Virus record (IMG/VR): IMGVR_UViG_2695420380_000015
DNA: 39,317 nt
Origin: a virus
Lineage: Duplodnaviria > Heunggongvirae > Uroviricota > Caudoviricetes
Reading direction: 5' to 3' (one strand)
Below are positions 27,335 through 37,235 of the stretch, in pieces. The translations under genes were made by a program, and so were the position numbers. Numbering within the stretch: the stretch's first letter is position 1; the number at the start of each line of letters is the position of its first letter. The notes beneath the pieces were generated by a model. It saw only the letters and a program-made list of their open reading frames with translations, was not told where the DNA came from and ran no database searches.

Positions 27335-28679
27335 CACGCCGGGGCGTGGCTCCTTTCGTGGCGTACCGTTCCTGGTTTATCAGGAGCAGCGGGAACGGGG
27401 CGGACGTAACATTGTGCGCCGTGAATACCCACTGCGTGAAAGCGGCGGTGCGGATGATCTGGGGCCAAAACTCCCGGAGTTCACATTCACGGTTCTAGTG
27501 ACCGGAGACGATCTTCAGACACAGCGAAGCCGCCTGCGTGATGCGCTGCGTGCACCCGGTGCCGGTGAACTGATGCACCCGGATTACGGCACGTTAAACG
27601 TGCTGATAAACAGCTTTGAAAGCCGTTATAACGCCAGCGAGCAGGGAACGGTTGAGTTCACGATCAACGTGATCCCCGCCAGTGACGATACCGCCCCTTC
27701 GGTGGCAGAAGATACGGCAGCTGCGCTGGAGCAGAAAAGCGGCTCAGCAATGAATCAGCTGTTTAACACACTTTCAGACGGCTGGACGGTGATTTCAGAC
27801 GGTCTGCATGATGTACAGGCCATGACCGACACCATCAGCGATAAAATTGATGCGCTGGAGAATGCCGTTTCAGGGATGGGGATTGTGCAGGATATCAGTG
27901 CCTTTACGGCCAGTTTTACTGCCCTGAAAGGGAATGCCGCCGCCCTGATTAATGCGCCCCGTCGCATGGCTGAATCGCTGGCCGGAATGTTTGCCGTGCT
28001 GGCGGGGCTGCCCGGCGATCCTTCCCTGTCGCTGACCGGAAAAGCCGGAACGCCGTCCGGCAGCCTGACCACAAACCGTGACAGCACGACAGAGCAGGCC
28101 ATGCCGCAGCTGTACCGCACACTTTCTTCCCTGCGTTACACCCTCAGCGAACAGGATGATCCGCAGCGCCTGATTGGTCTGACGCCTGCGGCACAGAACA
28201 ATATCCGTCTGCTGCGGAGCGTCATGCAGAGTGCAGCCCTGGTGTCGCAGGCGCAGACGGTCGGAAAACTGCTGGATCAGGTCATCCGGCAGAATACGAC
28301 GCACGTTCAGGATACTGACCGTGCGGGCGGACTGGCCTGGCTGGAAAGTTCTGCTGATGTGCAGCGTATCAACCGGGATTTGAGCGATGCCATGGAACAA
28401 CAGGTGCTGGATCTGTCCGCACAGGGCCATACCGGCACCGCCCTTGCATTACGTGATGCAGGGCTTGCGCTGACAGAAGATTTAACCACGCGGAGCGTGC
28501 ATCTTCCCGGTGCTTTTCAGGTCATGGTGCGAACCACCGAACCGGCACTGGTCACGCTGTACCGTGCCACCGGTAACAGCCGCCGCTGGCAGTATTTTGT
28601 CCGCAGAAACAATATCCCCGATCCGGTTTTTGTTCCGGGTGGCCGCCGCGTGGAGGTGATCAGTGAGCAGCAGGATTGA
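27321..28679 (+). CDS. DNA circularisation protein N-like tail/baseplate protein (Mu gp43-like)
   Basis: 452-aa ORF directly after the tape-measure gene. Confidence 0.7.
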   Translation: MASTDTPGRGSFRGVPFLVYQEQRERGGRNIVRREYPLRESGGADDLGPKLPEFTFTVLVTGDDLQTQRSRLRDALRAPGAGELMHPDYGTLNVLINSFESRYNASEQGTVEFTINVIPASDDTAPSVAEDTAAALEQKSGSAMNQLFNTLSDGWTVISDGLHDVQAMTDTISDKIDALENAVSGMGIVQDISAFTASFTALKGNAAALINAPRRMAESLAGMFAVLAGLPGDPSLSLTGKAGTPSGSLTTNRDSTTEQAMPQLYRTLSSLRYTLSEQDDPQRLIGLTPAAQNNIRLLRSVMQSAALVSQAQTVGKLLDQVIRQNTTHVQDTDRAGGLAWLESSADVQRINRDLSDAMEQQVLDLSAQGHTGTALALRDAGLALTEDLTTRSVHLPGAFQVMVRTTEPALVTLYRATGNSRRWQYFVRRNNIPDPVFVPGGRRVEVISEQQD

Positions 28680-29787
28680 ACTGTATATCGGCGGCAGTAT
28701 TTTTTCCGGCTGGCTGACGGTCAGCGTCCGTCGCTCGCTGGAGCATCTGGCCGGGTCGTTTGAACTGGGGCTGATGCTGCCCGGTGAGCGCATCCCCTCA
28801 GCCCTGCGGACCGGTCAGTCCCTGACGCTCAGAATTAACGGGCAGACGGTCATCAGTGGCTGGCTGGATCAGGTCAGTCAGCGGATCAGTGCAACCCGTC
28901 ATCAGATCAGCATCAGCGGTCGGGATAAAACCGGCGACCTGGTGGACTGTGCCGCCATCCATCCCGGCAGCCAGTGGCGCAACCGGACGCTGGCACAGAT
29001 TGCCGCAGATTTATGTGCGCCCTTCGGGATAGCCGTGCGCTGGCAGGTTAACGACGACACGGCTGCACGCCCCTTCAGCTCTTTTACGCTGGAAAACTCA
29101 GAAACCGTGGCGGATGCGCTGACCCGTGCTGCCCGGCATCGCGGGGTGCTGGTGACCAGTAATGCTGACGGCGATCTGGTGTTCACCCAGGCAGGAAGCC
29201 AGCAGACGGACAGACTGGTGCTGGGAGATAACCTGCTTGATGCCGATTACAACACGGACTGGCGAGGACGATACAGCGAATACCGTGTCCGGGGACACGG
29301 GCGCGGTGGTGGCAAACGGGGAGACAGCGAATCCGCCGCCCGTCTGGCAGCACCTGTGGGCGTCATCAGTGATGAGCAGATCGGCCGCTACCGGCCGAAA
29401 ATCATCCTCGCCGATCAACAGACAGACATCACCGGTGCACGGCAGCGTGCCCTGCGTGAAATGCGCCGTGCGATTGCCCGTTCAGAACGGTTTTCTGCCA
29501 CCGTGCGTGGCTGGTTCCGGGATGATGGCCGGTTATGGGATGTCAATCTGCTGACCGGTGTTTCAGCCCTGCGTTTCGGTATAGAACAGACTGAACTGCT
29601 GGTCTGTCAGGTGGAGTTTTTACTTGATGAGCATAACGGGGAAGTCACCCGGCTGGTACTGGCACCGCGTGACGGCTTTATCGTTCCGGCAGAGCCGGAC
29701 AGTAAGGGCCGGGGTGGTTCCGGTGACGATGTTGATGCCTTTATTCGCCAGCAGATGAAAAAACAGGGGATCAGCTTTGATGAATGA
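28663..29787 (+). CDS. Baseplate hub protein (Mu P / gp44-like)
   Basis: 374-aa ORF in the conserved baseplate order. Confidence 0.7.
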   Translation: MSSRIELYIGGSIFSGWLTVSVRRSLEHLAGSFELGLMLPGERIPSALRTGQSLTLRINGQTVISGWLDQVSQRISATRHQISISGRDKTGDLVDCAAIHPGSQWRNRTLAQIAADLCAPFGIAVRWQVNDDTAARPFSSFTLENSETVADALTRAARHRGVLVTSNADGDLVFTQAGSQQTDRLVLGDNLLDADYNTDWRGRYSEYRVRGHGRGGGKRGDSESAARLAAPVGVISDEQIGRYRPKIILADQQTDITGARQRALREMRRAIARSERFSATVRGWFRDDGRLWDVNLLTGVSALRFGIEQTELLVCQVEFLLDEHNGEVTRLVLAPRDGFIVPAEPDSKGRGGSGDDVDAFIRQQMKKQGISFDE

Positions 29788-30391
29788 TGAAGTGTTCAGC
29801 CGCCTGATTGCCCCGGTAACGCGCGGTATTCGCCTGTTGTTTGGCCGGGGCGTTCTGACCGGCACACATGACGAACTGAAAATGCAGAATGTGCAGCTCA
29901 CCGGCATGGACGGCGAAACCTTTGATGATGTGGAGCGTCCCCAGCAGTACGGGCAGATCAGCGTTCCCCTGCCGGGTGCGGAAACCTTTTTTGCCTGTCT
30001 GGGCGGACAGCGGGATCAGACTGTGGTGCTTGTGGTGGAAGACCGGCGCAGCCGCCCGACCGGACTCACAGCCGGAGATACGGGGGTGTATCACCATGAG
30101 GGGCACCGGATACGGTTAACAAAGGATGGCCGCATTATTGTGACATGCAAAATGCTGGAGATTTACGCCGACGAGGGGATGCGGGTGGATACGCCGGAAG
30201 CCACCTTTACGGGCAATGTGACGGTGGATAAGAACCTGCATGTTAAGGGTAATTTCGCGCTTGAGGGTACGGGGAAATCTCAGGGACTGTTCACAATGTC
30301 GGATGCCGTTATTGCAGGGATACGGTATTCCGGCCATGTGCATCATGATAACGGCGAAGGCAGTAAGACAGGAGTGCCGGAGAATGGCTGA
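29777..30391 (+). CDS. Baseplate assembly/spike protein (Mu gp45, gpV-like)
   Basis: 204-aa ORF in the conserved position. Confidence 0.65.
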   Translation: MMNDEVFSRLIAPVTRGIRLLFGRGVLTGTHDELKMQNVQLTGMDGETFDDVERPQQYGQISVPLPGAETFFACLGGQRDQTVVLVVEDRRSRPTGLTAGDTGVYHHEGHRIRLTKDGRIIVTCKMLEIYADEGMRVDTPEATFTGNVTVDKNLHVKGNFALEGTGKSQGLFTMSDAVIAGIRYSGHVHHDNGEGSKTGVPENG

Positions 30392-30821
30392 TATTGCAAT
30401 TGTGTGGGATCAGGGATGCGGTTCGCTGCAACTGAACGGTGCCGACCTGCTGACGGATGACAGTCTGCTGACGGCCGTTCTGATTTCGCTGTTTACTGAC
30501 CGCCGGGCGCTGGCATCGGATGAAATCCCTGACGGTACGCGCGACCGCCGGGGATGGTGGGGAGACAGTTTTCGCCCGCGCCCCATTGGCTCCCGTCTGT
30601 GGCTTCTCAGCCGGGAAAAAACGCTGGCCTCGGTGATAAGCCGTGCCCGTGCTTACGCGGATGAGGCGCTGGGCTGGCTCAGTCAGGATGGCGTGGCGTC
30701 ATCCGTGGTCTGTCATGCAGAACGTGTGGGACACGCGCGGCTGGCGCTTTCGGTGCGCATAACCCTGCCTGATGGTTCAGTGAGGCCCATGATTTTTTAT
30801 GCTGATCTTAAGGGGGAGTAA
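30384..30821 (+). CDS. Baseplate protein (Mu gp46-like)
   Basis: ATG at 30384 (MADIAIVWDQG...) overlapping the previous stop. The upstream part of track ORF 30240..30821 is rejected. Confidence 0.65.
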   Translation: MADIAIVWDQGCGSLQLNGADLLTDDSLLTAVLISLFTDRRALASDEIPDGTRDRRGWWGDSFRPRPIGSRLWLLSREKTLASVISRARAYADEALGWLSQDGVASSVVCHAERVGHARLALSVRITLPDGSVRPMIFYADLKGE

Positions 30822-31903
30822 TGCCTTATCAGCCTTTACCGCTGGCACAGTTAATCACGCAGACACAGCAGGATATCAGCCAGCGCCTGCCCGGCTCGCA
30901 GCCGGGTGTGAATGAAACCACCCTGAATGCCATTGCTTACGCTCAGGCAGGGTTATCTGCTCAGGAGCATGAGCATCTGGCCTGGATTGCGCGTCAGATC
31001 ATCCCGACCGAAGCCGATGAAGCCGAACTGCTGAAACACTGTGCATTCTGGGGCGTCATGCGTAAGCCTGCCTCTCGGGGGGACGGGCCGGTTCAGCTGA
31101 TGCTGACCACGGATGCGGGGATCAAGGAAGGTGTGCTTCTCCAGCGAAGTGATGGCGTGGTTTACCGTATCACCACCTCCCTGACCGGTAAGGCCGGTAC
31201 GCTGAATGTCAGTGTGGAAGCCGAAAGTGCCGGTCGTGCGGGGAATGCCCCGGCAGGGACAAAACTGACATTTATCACACCGCAGGCGGGGATCAACCAG
31301 ACGGCCACGGTGACCGGAACGGGGATCACCGGTGGTGCGGATGTGGAAACCGTGCCGGAGCTGCTTTCCCGTCTGGTTTTCCGGGTGCAGAATCCACCGT
31401 CCGGCGGCACGCAGTATGATTTTGAACGCTGGGCGCGTGAAGTGCCGGGCGTGACGCGGGCATGGTGCCGCCCGGAATGGCCGCAGGCGGGCAGCGTGGG
31501 GGTAACGTTTGTTCAGGATAATAACCCGGATATTTTCCCCGGTGACGGTGATGTTCAGCGGGTGGCGGATTATATCCGCAGTCATGATGATCCGGCGACC
31601 GGCCAGCCTGTCGGACAGCCTCTGGGGCCGACGGTGACCGTGTTTAAACTGACCAATAAGCCGGTGCCCTTCAGCATCAGGATCATCCCGAAAACACCGG
31701 AGAATCAGGCGGCCGTAAAACAGGCGCTGACCGACCTGTTGTATAACGAATCCCGGCCCGGCGGTCTGGTTCTGCCGTCGTCTTTCTGGCGGGCGGTGGC
31801 AGGGGTGAAAAATCTGGAGGATTTTGAAGTGCGCAGTCCGCTGACGTCAGTTCAGGCGGGAGACAGTGAGCTGCTGACGGTAGGAGAAATCACATGGCTG
31901 TAA
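30821..31903 (+). CDS. Baseplate wedge protein, gpJ-like (Mu gp47-like)
   Basis: 360-aa ORF in the conserved position. Confidence 0.8.
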   Translation: MPYQPLPLAQLITQTQQDISQRLPGSQPGVNETTLNAIAYAQAGLSAQEHEHLAWIARQIIPTEADEAELLKHCAFWGVMRKPASRGDGPVQLMLTTDAGIKEGVLLQRSDGVVYRITTSLTGKAGTLNVSVEAESAGRAGNAPAGTKLTFITPQAGINQTATVTGTGITGGADVETVPELLSRLVFRVQNPPSGGTQYDFERWAREVPGVTRAWCRPEWPQAGSVGVTFVQDNNPDIFPGDGDVQRVADYIRSHDDPATGQPVGQPLGPTVTVFKLTNKPVPFSIRIIPKTPENQAAVKQALTDLLYNESRPGGLVLPSSFWRAVAGVKNLEDFEVRSPLTSVQAGDSELLTVGEITWL

Positions 31904-32454
31904 CCCTGACCCCGCATCAGCGCGCCCTGTTGCAGTTACTGCCTGACGGGCTGGCATGGGACAAGCGTCCGTCATCCGTACTGGCATCATTATGTCTGGG
32001 CCTCAGTCATTCGACAGCGCGTGTATCCTGGACGGGTAAACAGCTGCTTGCCGAGCGTTTCCCTGACACGTCGCGCCTGCTGCTGGAAGACTGGGAGCGT
32101 TATCTCGGGCTTCCCGAGTGTGATATGGCCGGAGCCACCCTCACGGAGCGACAGCGTTATGCCGGAAATAAATACCGGATGAAGCCCTCGCTGAACCGTG
32201 AATTTTATATCCGGTTTGCGGCGGAGTTTGGTTATCAGATTGACATTCAGCCCTCACCGGATTCGCAGTGGGTCAGTATTGTCACGATTAACAGTGAAAC
32301 CGGCTACCGGAATATGAATGTGCTGGATGATATTCTCACGCCGCTGCGTATTTATGAAGGCGGTGCGCTGGAATGTATTCTGAACCGTTATAAGCCTGCA
32401 TGGCAGACGTTTATTTACGTTTATGCAAACAGCCATGAAGAGGAGACTATTTAA
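31894..32454 (+). CDS. Baseplate/tail protein (Mu gp48-like)
   Basis: 186-aa ORF coupled between the wedge and tail-fibre genes. Confidence 0.7.
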   Translation: MAVTLTPHQRALLQLLPDGLAWDKRPSSVLASLCLGLSHSTARVSWTGKQLLAERFPDTSRLLLEDWERYLGLPECDMAGATLTERQRYAGNKYRMKPSLNREFYIRFAAEFGYQIDIQPSPDSQWVSIVTINSETGYRNMNVLDDILTPLRIYEGGALECILNRYKPAWQTFIYVYANSHEEETI

Positions 32455-33335
32455 TGTTTCATGTTGATAATAATTCCGGCGTGGCGAATATGCCTGCGCT
32501 GGCACCGGCGCAGAGTAATACCACCACCTGGTTTACCGAAGGTGACGGACAAAAAGGTATCAGCTGGATTGGTCAGGACTGGCTGAATATTCTCCAGGCC
32601 GAACTGCTGAATATTCTGGCTGAAGCCAGTATTCAGCCGGATAAGGCGCAGTTAAACCAGCTTACGCTGTCCATTAAAGCCATTATCGCTGCGAATGCCT
32701 TTTCCCGGAAAAATAACCTGAAAGAAATTGCTGATGCCGGTGCGGAGGCCCAGCGTCTGGCCCGTGGTTATCTTGGTCTGGGGACGCTTGCCACAAAAAA
32801 CAGTCTTGGTCCCGCTGACGTTAATGCCCTGGCGAAGGATCAGAATCTCGCCGACCTGGAGAATAAGGGAACCGCCCGTAATAATCTGGATGTTTACAGC
32901 AAAAGCGAAGGTGATAACCGTTACCTGCGCAGGGAGCAGAACGGCGCAGACATTCCGGATAAAGGGGCTTTTATCGATAACGTCGGTTTACGGGAAACGG
33001 TAAACAGGGCGGCGAATGCCCTGCCATCGGACGGCACCGCCGTTGCCGCGAACAGGCTGGCAAATGCCCACACAATTAATGGTGTTCCCTTTGACGGGAC
33101 GCAGGATATCACTATCTCATCAGGAACAGTAACCGCCATAAGACTGGGGTCGGTGACCGCACATATGCCCGGAACATGGGAAAGCTGGGATCTGAATCTG
33201 GGGGGCGGCAATGTTCTTACCGGAATTAAAGTACAGGATGTCGGTAAGAATACGGCAGATAACGTCGGCGGCGTGTATTACCGGCCGTTGCAGTATCTGT
33301 TAAATGGAGCATGGGTGACGGCTGCAAGTATATAA
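32454..33335 (+). CDS. Tail fibre protein (Mu S-like): constant N-terminal part, then a C-terminal part inside the invertible segment
   Basis: 293-aa ORF; N-terminus [22 protein letters not shown]...[16 protein letters not shown] is tail-fibre-like; the gix-like site and the inverted repeat lie inside the gene. Confidence 0.8.
   Translation: MFHVDNNSGVANMPALAPAQSNTTTWFTEGDGQKGISWIGQDWLNILQAELLNILAEASIQPDKAQLNQLTLSIKAIIAANAFSRKNNLKEIADAGAEAQRLARGYLGLGTLATKNSLGPADVNALAKDQNLADLENKGTARNNLDVYSKSEGDNRYLRREQNGADIPDKGAFIDNVGLRETVNRAANALPSDGTAVAANRLANAHTINGVPFDGTQDITISSGTVTAIRLGSVTAHMPGTWESWDLNLGGGNVLTGIKVQDVGKNTADNVGGVYYRPLQYLLNGAWVTAASI
32970..32995. promoter_or_regulatory. gix-like recombination site (left): TTATCGATAACG TC GGTTTACGGGAA
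   Basis: Resembles the Gin crossover-site half-sites (GGTTTAC-GGAA) and is mirrored by the right site. Confidence 0.55.
32983..33106. repeat. Left inverted repeat (about 124 bp) of the invertible tail-fibre segment
   Basis: Reverse complement aligns with 34178-34292 at high identity, apart from a roughly 25-bp diverged patch. Confidence 0.85.
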
Positions 33336-33366
33336 TGATATTCAGAAGGCCTTCCGGCCTTCTTTA

Positions 33367-33888
33367 TTACTGTGGCTGCTCAGGCCATTTAATGGCGTTA
33401 AATTCAGCTTCTGTTTTAATGGCGGGTAGTTCCATTTTCTTCACCTGACTGATGTATGCCATCCATTGGGTAAGTGCTGCTCTGTCTTCATCGCTGATGG
33501 TGCCCAGTTGTAGCTCCGTTCTCCAGTCATTAATTTTTTCATATGCCTGATTAAGATATGACTGGCGCATTGCTTCCAGTTTTCTTGCGTAGTTAACCGG
33601 AATACGGGAGATTATGCCATTATCAAACTTCCAGTTTCCTGAAATATCCGTGCCTTCAGGGAGTTCATCGACCTCAACCACAGAAAACCCCGCAGGATAC
33701 AGCGCCGAGGCGTCCTGTGATATTGAGCAGATAACGCCGCTGTCAGGTGTTATGCAAAGTTTATATTTTTTGGTGAATAATGGCAGGGATTCGTAGAAAT
33801 CCTTACCATCTTCACTCTGGAAATACTGAACATTATTACCATATGGCATATTTTCAGGATAATAACGGGTTATATTTTTTAGTTCCAT
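33367..33888 (-). CDS. Tail fibre assembly protein (Mu U/U'-like), currently on the minus strand
   Basis: 173-aa ORF with RBS AGGAGG, directly downstream (on the minus strand) of the alternative tail-fibre C-terminal cassette. Confidence 0.8.
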   Translation of the reverse strand: MELKNITRYYPENMPYGNNVQYFQSEDGKDFYESLPLFTKKYKLCITPDSGVICSISQDASALYPAGFSVVEVDELPEGTDISGNWKFDNGIISRIPVNYARKLEAMRQSYLNQAYEKINDWRTELQLGTISDEDRAALTQWMAYISQVKKMELPAIKTEAEFNAIKWPEQPQ

Positions 33889-33939
33889 AAAATCCTCCTG
33901 GAAATAAATCTGTTTTAAAATATATTATTTACTGACTAT

Positions 33940-34332
33940 TTATAACTGAGATACCGTAATCCATGTACCTCCGACTAATTTTTGCAGGGGTCTGAATGCT
34001 ATAAAATCGTTTGAAGCATCAACTTTACTGTCAATCTGCAGGCCTGCCATAACATTACCGTACGCAGAGTAATATGCCCCACCGTACATTACCTGCCTGT
34101 TCTCTGCTCCCAGCCTGATATCCTGGATATATCGGGAATCCGCATCCTGCTGTGTTATACCAGAAGTGATGTTTATGTCCTGCGTCCCGTCAAAGGGAAC
34201 CCCATTAATATTTCTTGGGGTGGCGAGTCTATTCGCGGCAACGGCGGTGCCGTCCGATGGCAGAGCATTCGCCGCCCTGTTTACCGTTTCCCGTAAACCG
34301 AGGTTTTCAGGAAAGCCAGGATTAACTCTGTT
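33940..34332 (-). CDS. Start-less alternative tail-fibre C-terminal cassette (S'v-like), silent in this orientation; would fuse to the constant S part after inversion
   Basis: Open frame on the minus strand with no start codon. Begins with the same about 40 aa as S ([26 protein letters not shown]...[11 protein letters not shown]), then diverges; stop at 33942..33940. Confidence 0.7.
   Translation of the reverse strand, partial: NRVNPGFPENLGLRETVNRAANALPSDGTAVAANRLATPRNINGVPFDGTQDINITSGITQQDADSRYIQDIRLGAENRQVMYGGAYYSAYGNVMAGLQIDSKVDASNDFIAFRPLQKLVGGTWITVSQL
34178..34292. repeat. Right inverted repeat of the invertible segment
   Basis: Inverted copy of 32983-33106. Confidence 0.85.
34276..34303. 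promoter_or_regulatory. gix-like recombination site (right): TTTCCCGTAAACC GA GGTTTTCAGGAAA
   Basis: Mirror of the left site, with the same central dinucleotide in inverted orientation; 75 bp upstream of the invertase gene. Confidence 0.55.
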
Positions 34333-34378
34333 TTATTCCTCATGCGACAATTCCGGCTTTTTATAATAAGGAAATCGT

Positions 34379-34951
34379 ATGCTGATTGGGTATATCAGGG
34401 TGTCAACAAATGACCAGAATACGGCGCTACAAAGAAATGCGCTGGAATGTGCAGGATGTGAGCTGTTTTTCGAAGACAGAATAAGCGGTAAGACAAGGGA
34501 GCGTCCCGGACTTAAACGCGCATTAAAGCGACTCCGGCCAGGGGATACCCTGCTGGTCTGGAAACTGGATCGCCTTGGACGCAGTATGCAGCACCTTGTC
34601 CTTTTAACAGAAGAACTCCGGCAACGCGGCGTTAACTTCCGCAGCATTACGGACAATATTGATACATCCACTCCCATGGGACGTTTCTTTTTCCATATAA
34701 TGGGCGCGCTGGCGGAAATGGAGCGGGAACTCATTATTGAACGTACACGCGCGGGTCTTGCTGCTGCCCGTGCTCAGGGGCGTCATGGCGGCAGACCTCA
34801 GAAACTGACAGAGAAAGAGCGGGAGCAAATCGCCCGTTTGCTGGCTAATGGCGAGTCCCGTAAACAAATCGCACTGATATTTGATATTGGCCTTTCCACC
34901 CTTTATCGTTATTTTCCTGCCTCACCAGCTCCGTCACCAAAAGTACCGTGA
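34379..34951 (+). CDS. gin: Serine recombinase DNA invertase (Gin/Hin/Pin/Cin family)
   Basis: 190-aa product with MLIGYIRVSTNDQNT (catalytic Ser), LVWKLDRLGRSM, MGRFFFHIMGALAEMERELIIERT and a C-terminal HTH, as in Gin. Confidence 0.9.
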   Translation: MLIGYIRVSTNDQNTALQRNALECAGCELFFEDRISGKTRERPGLKRALKRLRPGDTLLVWKLDRLGRSMQHLVLLTEELRQRGVNFRSITDNIDTSTPMGRFFFHIMGALAEMERELIIERTRAGLAAARAQGRHGGRPQKLTEKEREQIARLLANGESRKQIALIFDIGLSTLYRYFPASPAPSPKVP

Positions 34952-35036
34952 CGCTTTTTTGAATTTCCGCAAAACACATATTTTTCAGCGGTCGCTATTC
35001 TGACTCTGTTTAATTCAGAAACAGGCAGAAAAGACG

Positions 35037-37091
35037 ATGTCAGACTCCAAGTGGAAAATGCTCTCCGCCATGCCCGGAGAGTTTTCAGTCAAGGTTGCCG
35101 GTGGCACGGTGGCATTTATTGAAAGCCCTTTCCGCCCTTCGGGTAATAAAGGGGGGATCACCTTCGCAGACTGCGTGATCCGCTTCAGCACGAAAGAGCC
35201 ATTATGGGTAATGCCGGTATCCGGTAATCCCAGTGCAGAAATCACCAGTTCAGGCGTGACTGGCATCATTCCAATCACATCTGACGTGGCCGGAACGCTC
35301 ACGCCCTCCGACTGGAATGCACCGGATAACGCCGGGCCTTCCGGTAGCACGAATGGCAGCAGTTCAGAGCCGGAATATTACTTTGTTGTCATTCTCGCGG
35401 GTCAGTCAAATGGCATGGCCTACGGCGAGGGGCTGCCGTTACCGGATTCGTTTGACCGCCCGGACCCACGCATTAAGCAACTGGCACGCCGCAGTACGGT
35501 AACGCCCAACGGTACGTCGTGTACATACAACGACATCATTCCGGCAGACCACTGCCTGCATGATGTTCAGGATATGAGCGGGATAAACCACCCGAAAGCT
35601 GATCTGGCAAAAGGCCAGTACGGGACTGTCGGTCAGGGGTTGCATATTGCCAAAAAACTGCTTCCCTATATCCCACAGAATGCCGGGATACTTCTGGTGC
35701 CCTGTTGTCGTGGCGGGTCAGCATTCACCACTGGAGCCGACGGCTCATTCAGTGAGGCCAGCGGTGCTTCCGCTGATTCTTCACGCTGGGGGGCCGGTAA
35801 ACCTCTGTATCAGGACCTGGTAAGCCGCACCAAAGTCGCGCTGGCGAAAAACCCGAAAAACAAACTTCTGGCTGTGGTCTGGATGCAGGGAGAGGCAGAC
35901 CTTGCCTCAGGAAGCCAGCAGCATAATAGTTTATTCACGGCCATGGTTCAGCAGTTCAGAACTGACCTGGCTCCGCTTGCTGCGCAGTGCGTGAGTGGAA
36001 ATGCCACCACGGTGCCGTGGATTTGCGGTGATACCACGTATTACTGGAAAAACGCTGGCACCGATAAATATGAGGCAGTATACGGTGGCTACAAAGGCAA
36101 GGAAGCACAGAAAATTTTCTTTGTACCGTTCCTGACGGATGAGAATGGACAGAGCACGCCAACGAATGCTCCGGCGGAAGACCCGGATATTGTGGCTGTC
36201 GGGTATTACGGTGCAGCATCCCGAACCCAGGGCAGTTTTGTTTCGACACAGCGTGACAGCCATTTCAGCTCATGGGCACGCAGGGGCGTCATTTCAGACC
36301 GTCTGGCCTCAGCTATTATGCTCCATGCAGGGCGCACGGCTGAACTGATGCGCGGGCAGACCGTGACACCACCGGATGAGAAGCCGTCACCTGATACACC
36401 ATCAAAACCGTCCACGCCACCCGCAGACACCACGACGATGAGTACGCTATTTGCTTACCGGGCATCTGAGTCTGAAGGACGGTTGACACCACAGGGTTGG
36501 GCTGCCGGAGGTGGCAAGGCTCAAATCGTGGATGATGCCGGAGCCAGCGGGGGTAAGGCAATGAAACTGACCAAGGAAACAGGAAGAGCCCCCTGGTACC
36601 TTGAGCATGATGCTGGTAATGGTGCGGACCTGCTGGGTAAAGGTGGTCTTGTCAGTTGTCGTTTTAAACTCGATGGCGCGCTTACGGCTAATCAGTACGC
36701 ACTGGCGCTGTACTGGCCGGTTTCTGCCCTGCCGCAAGGGGTTACTCTGGAAGGAAATGCCGGTCATAACCTGCTGGCATCGTTCTACGTACAGAGCGAT
36801 GCCACAGACCTTAACGTGATGTATCACAAAGGAAACACGGCGCAGAACACGAAGCTGGGGTCATTCGGCGCATTTAATAACGAATGGCATACGCTGGGCT
36901 TCCGTTTTGCCGGTAACAACAGTATTGAGGTGACGCCGGTCATTGATGGTAAGGACGGGACACCATTCATGCTGTCGCAGTCTCCGGTCGGCACGTTTAC
37001 GGCAGACAAGTTGCGCGTGACCGATATCACTAAAAATGCGACTTACCCGGTACTGATTGACAGTATCGTGGTGGAAGTGAATAACGCGTAA
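35037..37091 (+). CDS. SASA-family (SGNH-like) O-acetylesterase resembling NanS / prophage NanS-p sialate O-acetylesterase, with extra N- and C-terminal domains
   Basis: 684-aa ORF. Core motifs YYFVVILAGQSNGMAYGEGLPLPD, GQYGTVGQGLHIAKKLLP, VPCCRGGSAFT, WMQGEADL resemble E. coli NanS (YjhS) as I remember it. Flanked by an about 120-aa N-terminal domain and an about 250-aa C-terminal domain. Confidence 0.7.
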   Translation: MSDSKWKMLSAMPGEFSVKVAGGTVAFIESPFRPSGNKGGITFADCVIRFSTKEPLWVMPVSGNPSAEITSSGVTGIIPITSDVAGTLTPSDWNAPDNAGPSGSTNGSSSEPEYYFVVILAGQSNGMAYGEGLPLPDSFDRPDPRIKQLARRSTVTPNGTSCTYNDIIPADHCLHDVQDMSGINHPKADLAKGQYGTVGQGLHIAKKLLPYIPQNAGILLVPCCRGGSAFTTGADGSFSEASGASADSSRWGAGKPLYQDLVSRTKVALAKNPKNKLLAVVWMQGEADLASGSQQHNSLFTAMVQQFRTDLAPLAAQCVSGNATTVPWICGDTTYYWKNAGTDKYEAVYGGYKGKEAQKIFFVPFLTDENGQSTPTNAPAEDPDIVAVGYYGAASRTQGSFVSTQRDSHFSSWARRGVISDRLASAIMLHAGRTAELMRGQTVTPPDEKPSPDTPSKPSTPPADTTTMSTLFAYRASESEGRLTPQGWAAGGGKAQIVDDAGASGGKAMKLTKETGRAPWYLEHDAGNGADLLGKGGLVSCRFKLDGALTANQYALALYWPVSALPQGVTLEGNAGHNLLASFYVQSDATDLNVMYHKGNTAQNTKLGSFGAFNNEWHTLGFRFAGNNSIEVTPVIDGKDGTPFMLSQSPVGTFTADKLRVTDITKNATYPVLIDSIVVEVNNA

Positions 37092-37097
37092 GCAGGA

Positions 37098-37139
37098 TAA
37101 AAAAATGCCGCCGGTAAGGGAAAACAAGAAACCGGCGGC
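37098..37139 (-). terminator. Rho-independent terminator oriented for leftward transcription: stem GCCGCCGGT / ACCGGCGGC with a T tract on the minus strand (A run 37098-37106 on plus)
   Basis: 9-bp perfect stem read from the sequence; the U tract follows the hairpin only when read on the minus strand. Confidence 0.5.
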
Positions 37140-37235
37140 AAAAAGATCGTTATATCCAAAGCAAAAAATGCAGTGCACCTTTTTACCTAACAGATATTAC
37201 CGGTGTCAACACCATGTCAATAATTGGGAGGGATA

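Noticed and set aside
26653-27337. Pro/Arg-rich minus-strand ORFs within the tape-measure gene
   Set aside because: Antisense of the Gly/Ala-rich tape-measure coding sequence; composition artefact.
30240-30383. Upstream extension of the gp46-like ORF (track start 30240)
   Set aside because: It overlaps the gp45-like gene out of frame; ATG at 30384 with stop/start overlap is the natural start.
34166-34366. Plus-strand 66-aa ORF, and its mirror minus-strand ORF 32921..33211, sharing the peptide [11 protein letters not shown]...[22 protein letters not shown]
   Set aside because: Both are the antisense reading of the two copies of the tail-fibre inverted repeat; their similarity reflects the repeat, not a gene.
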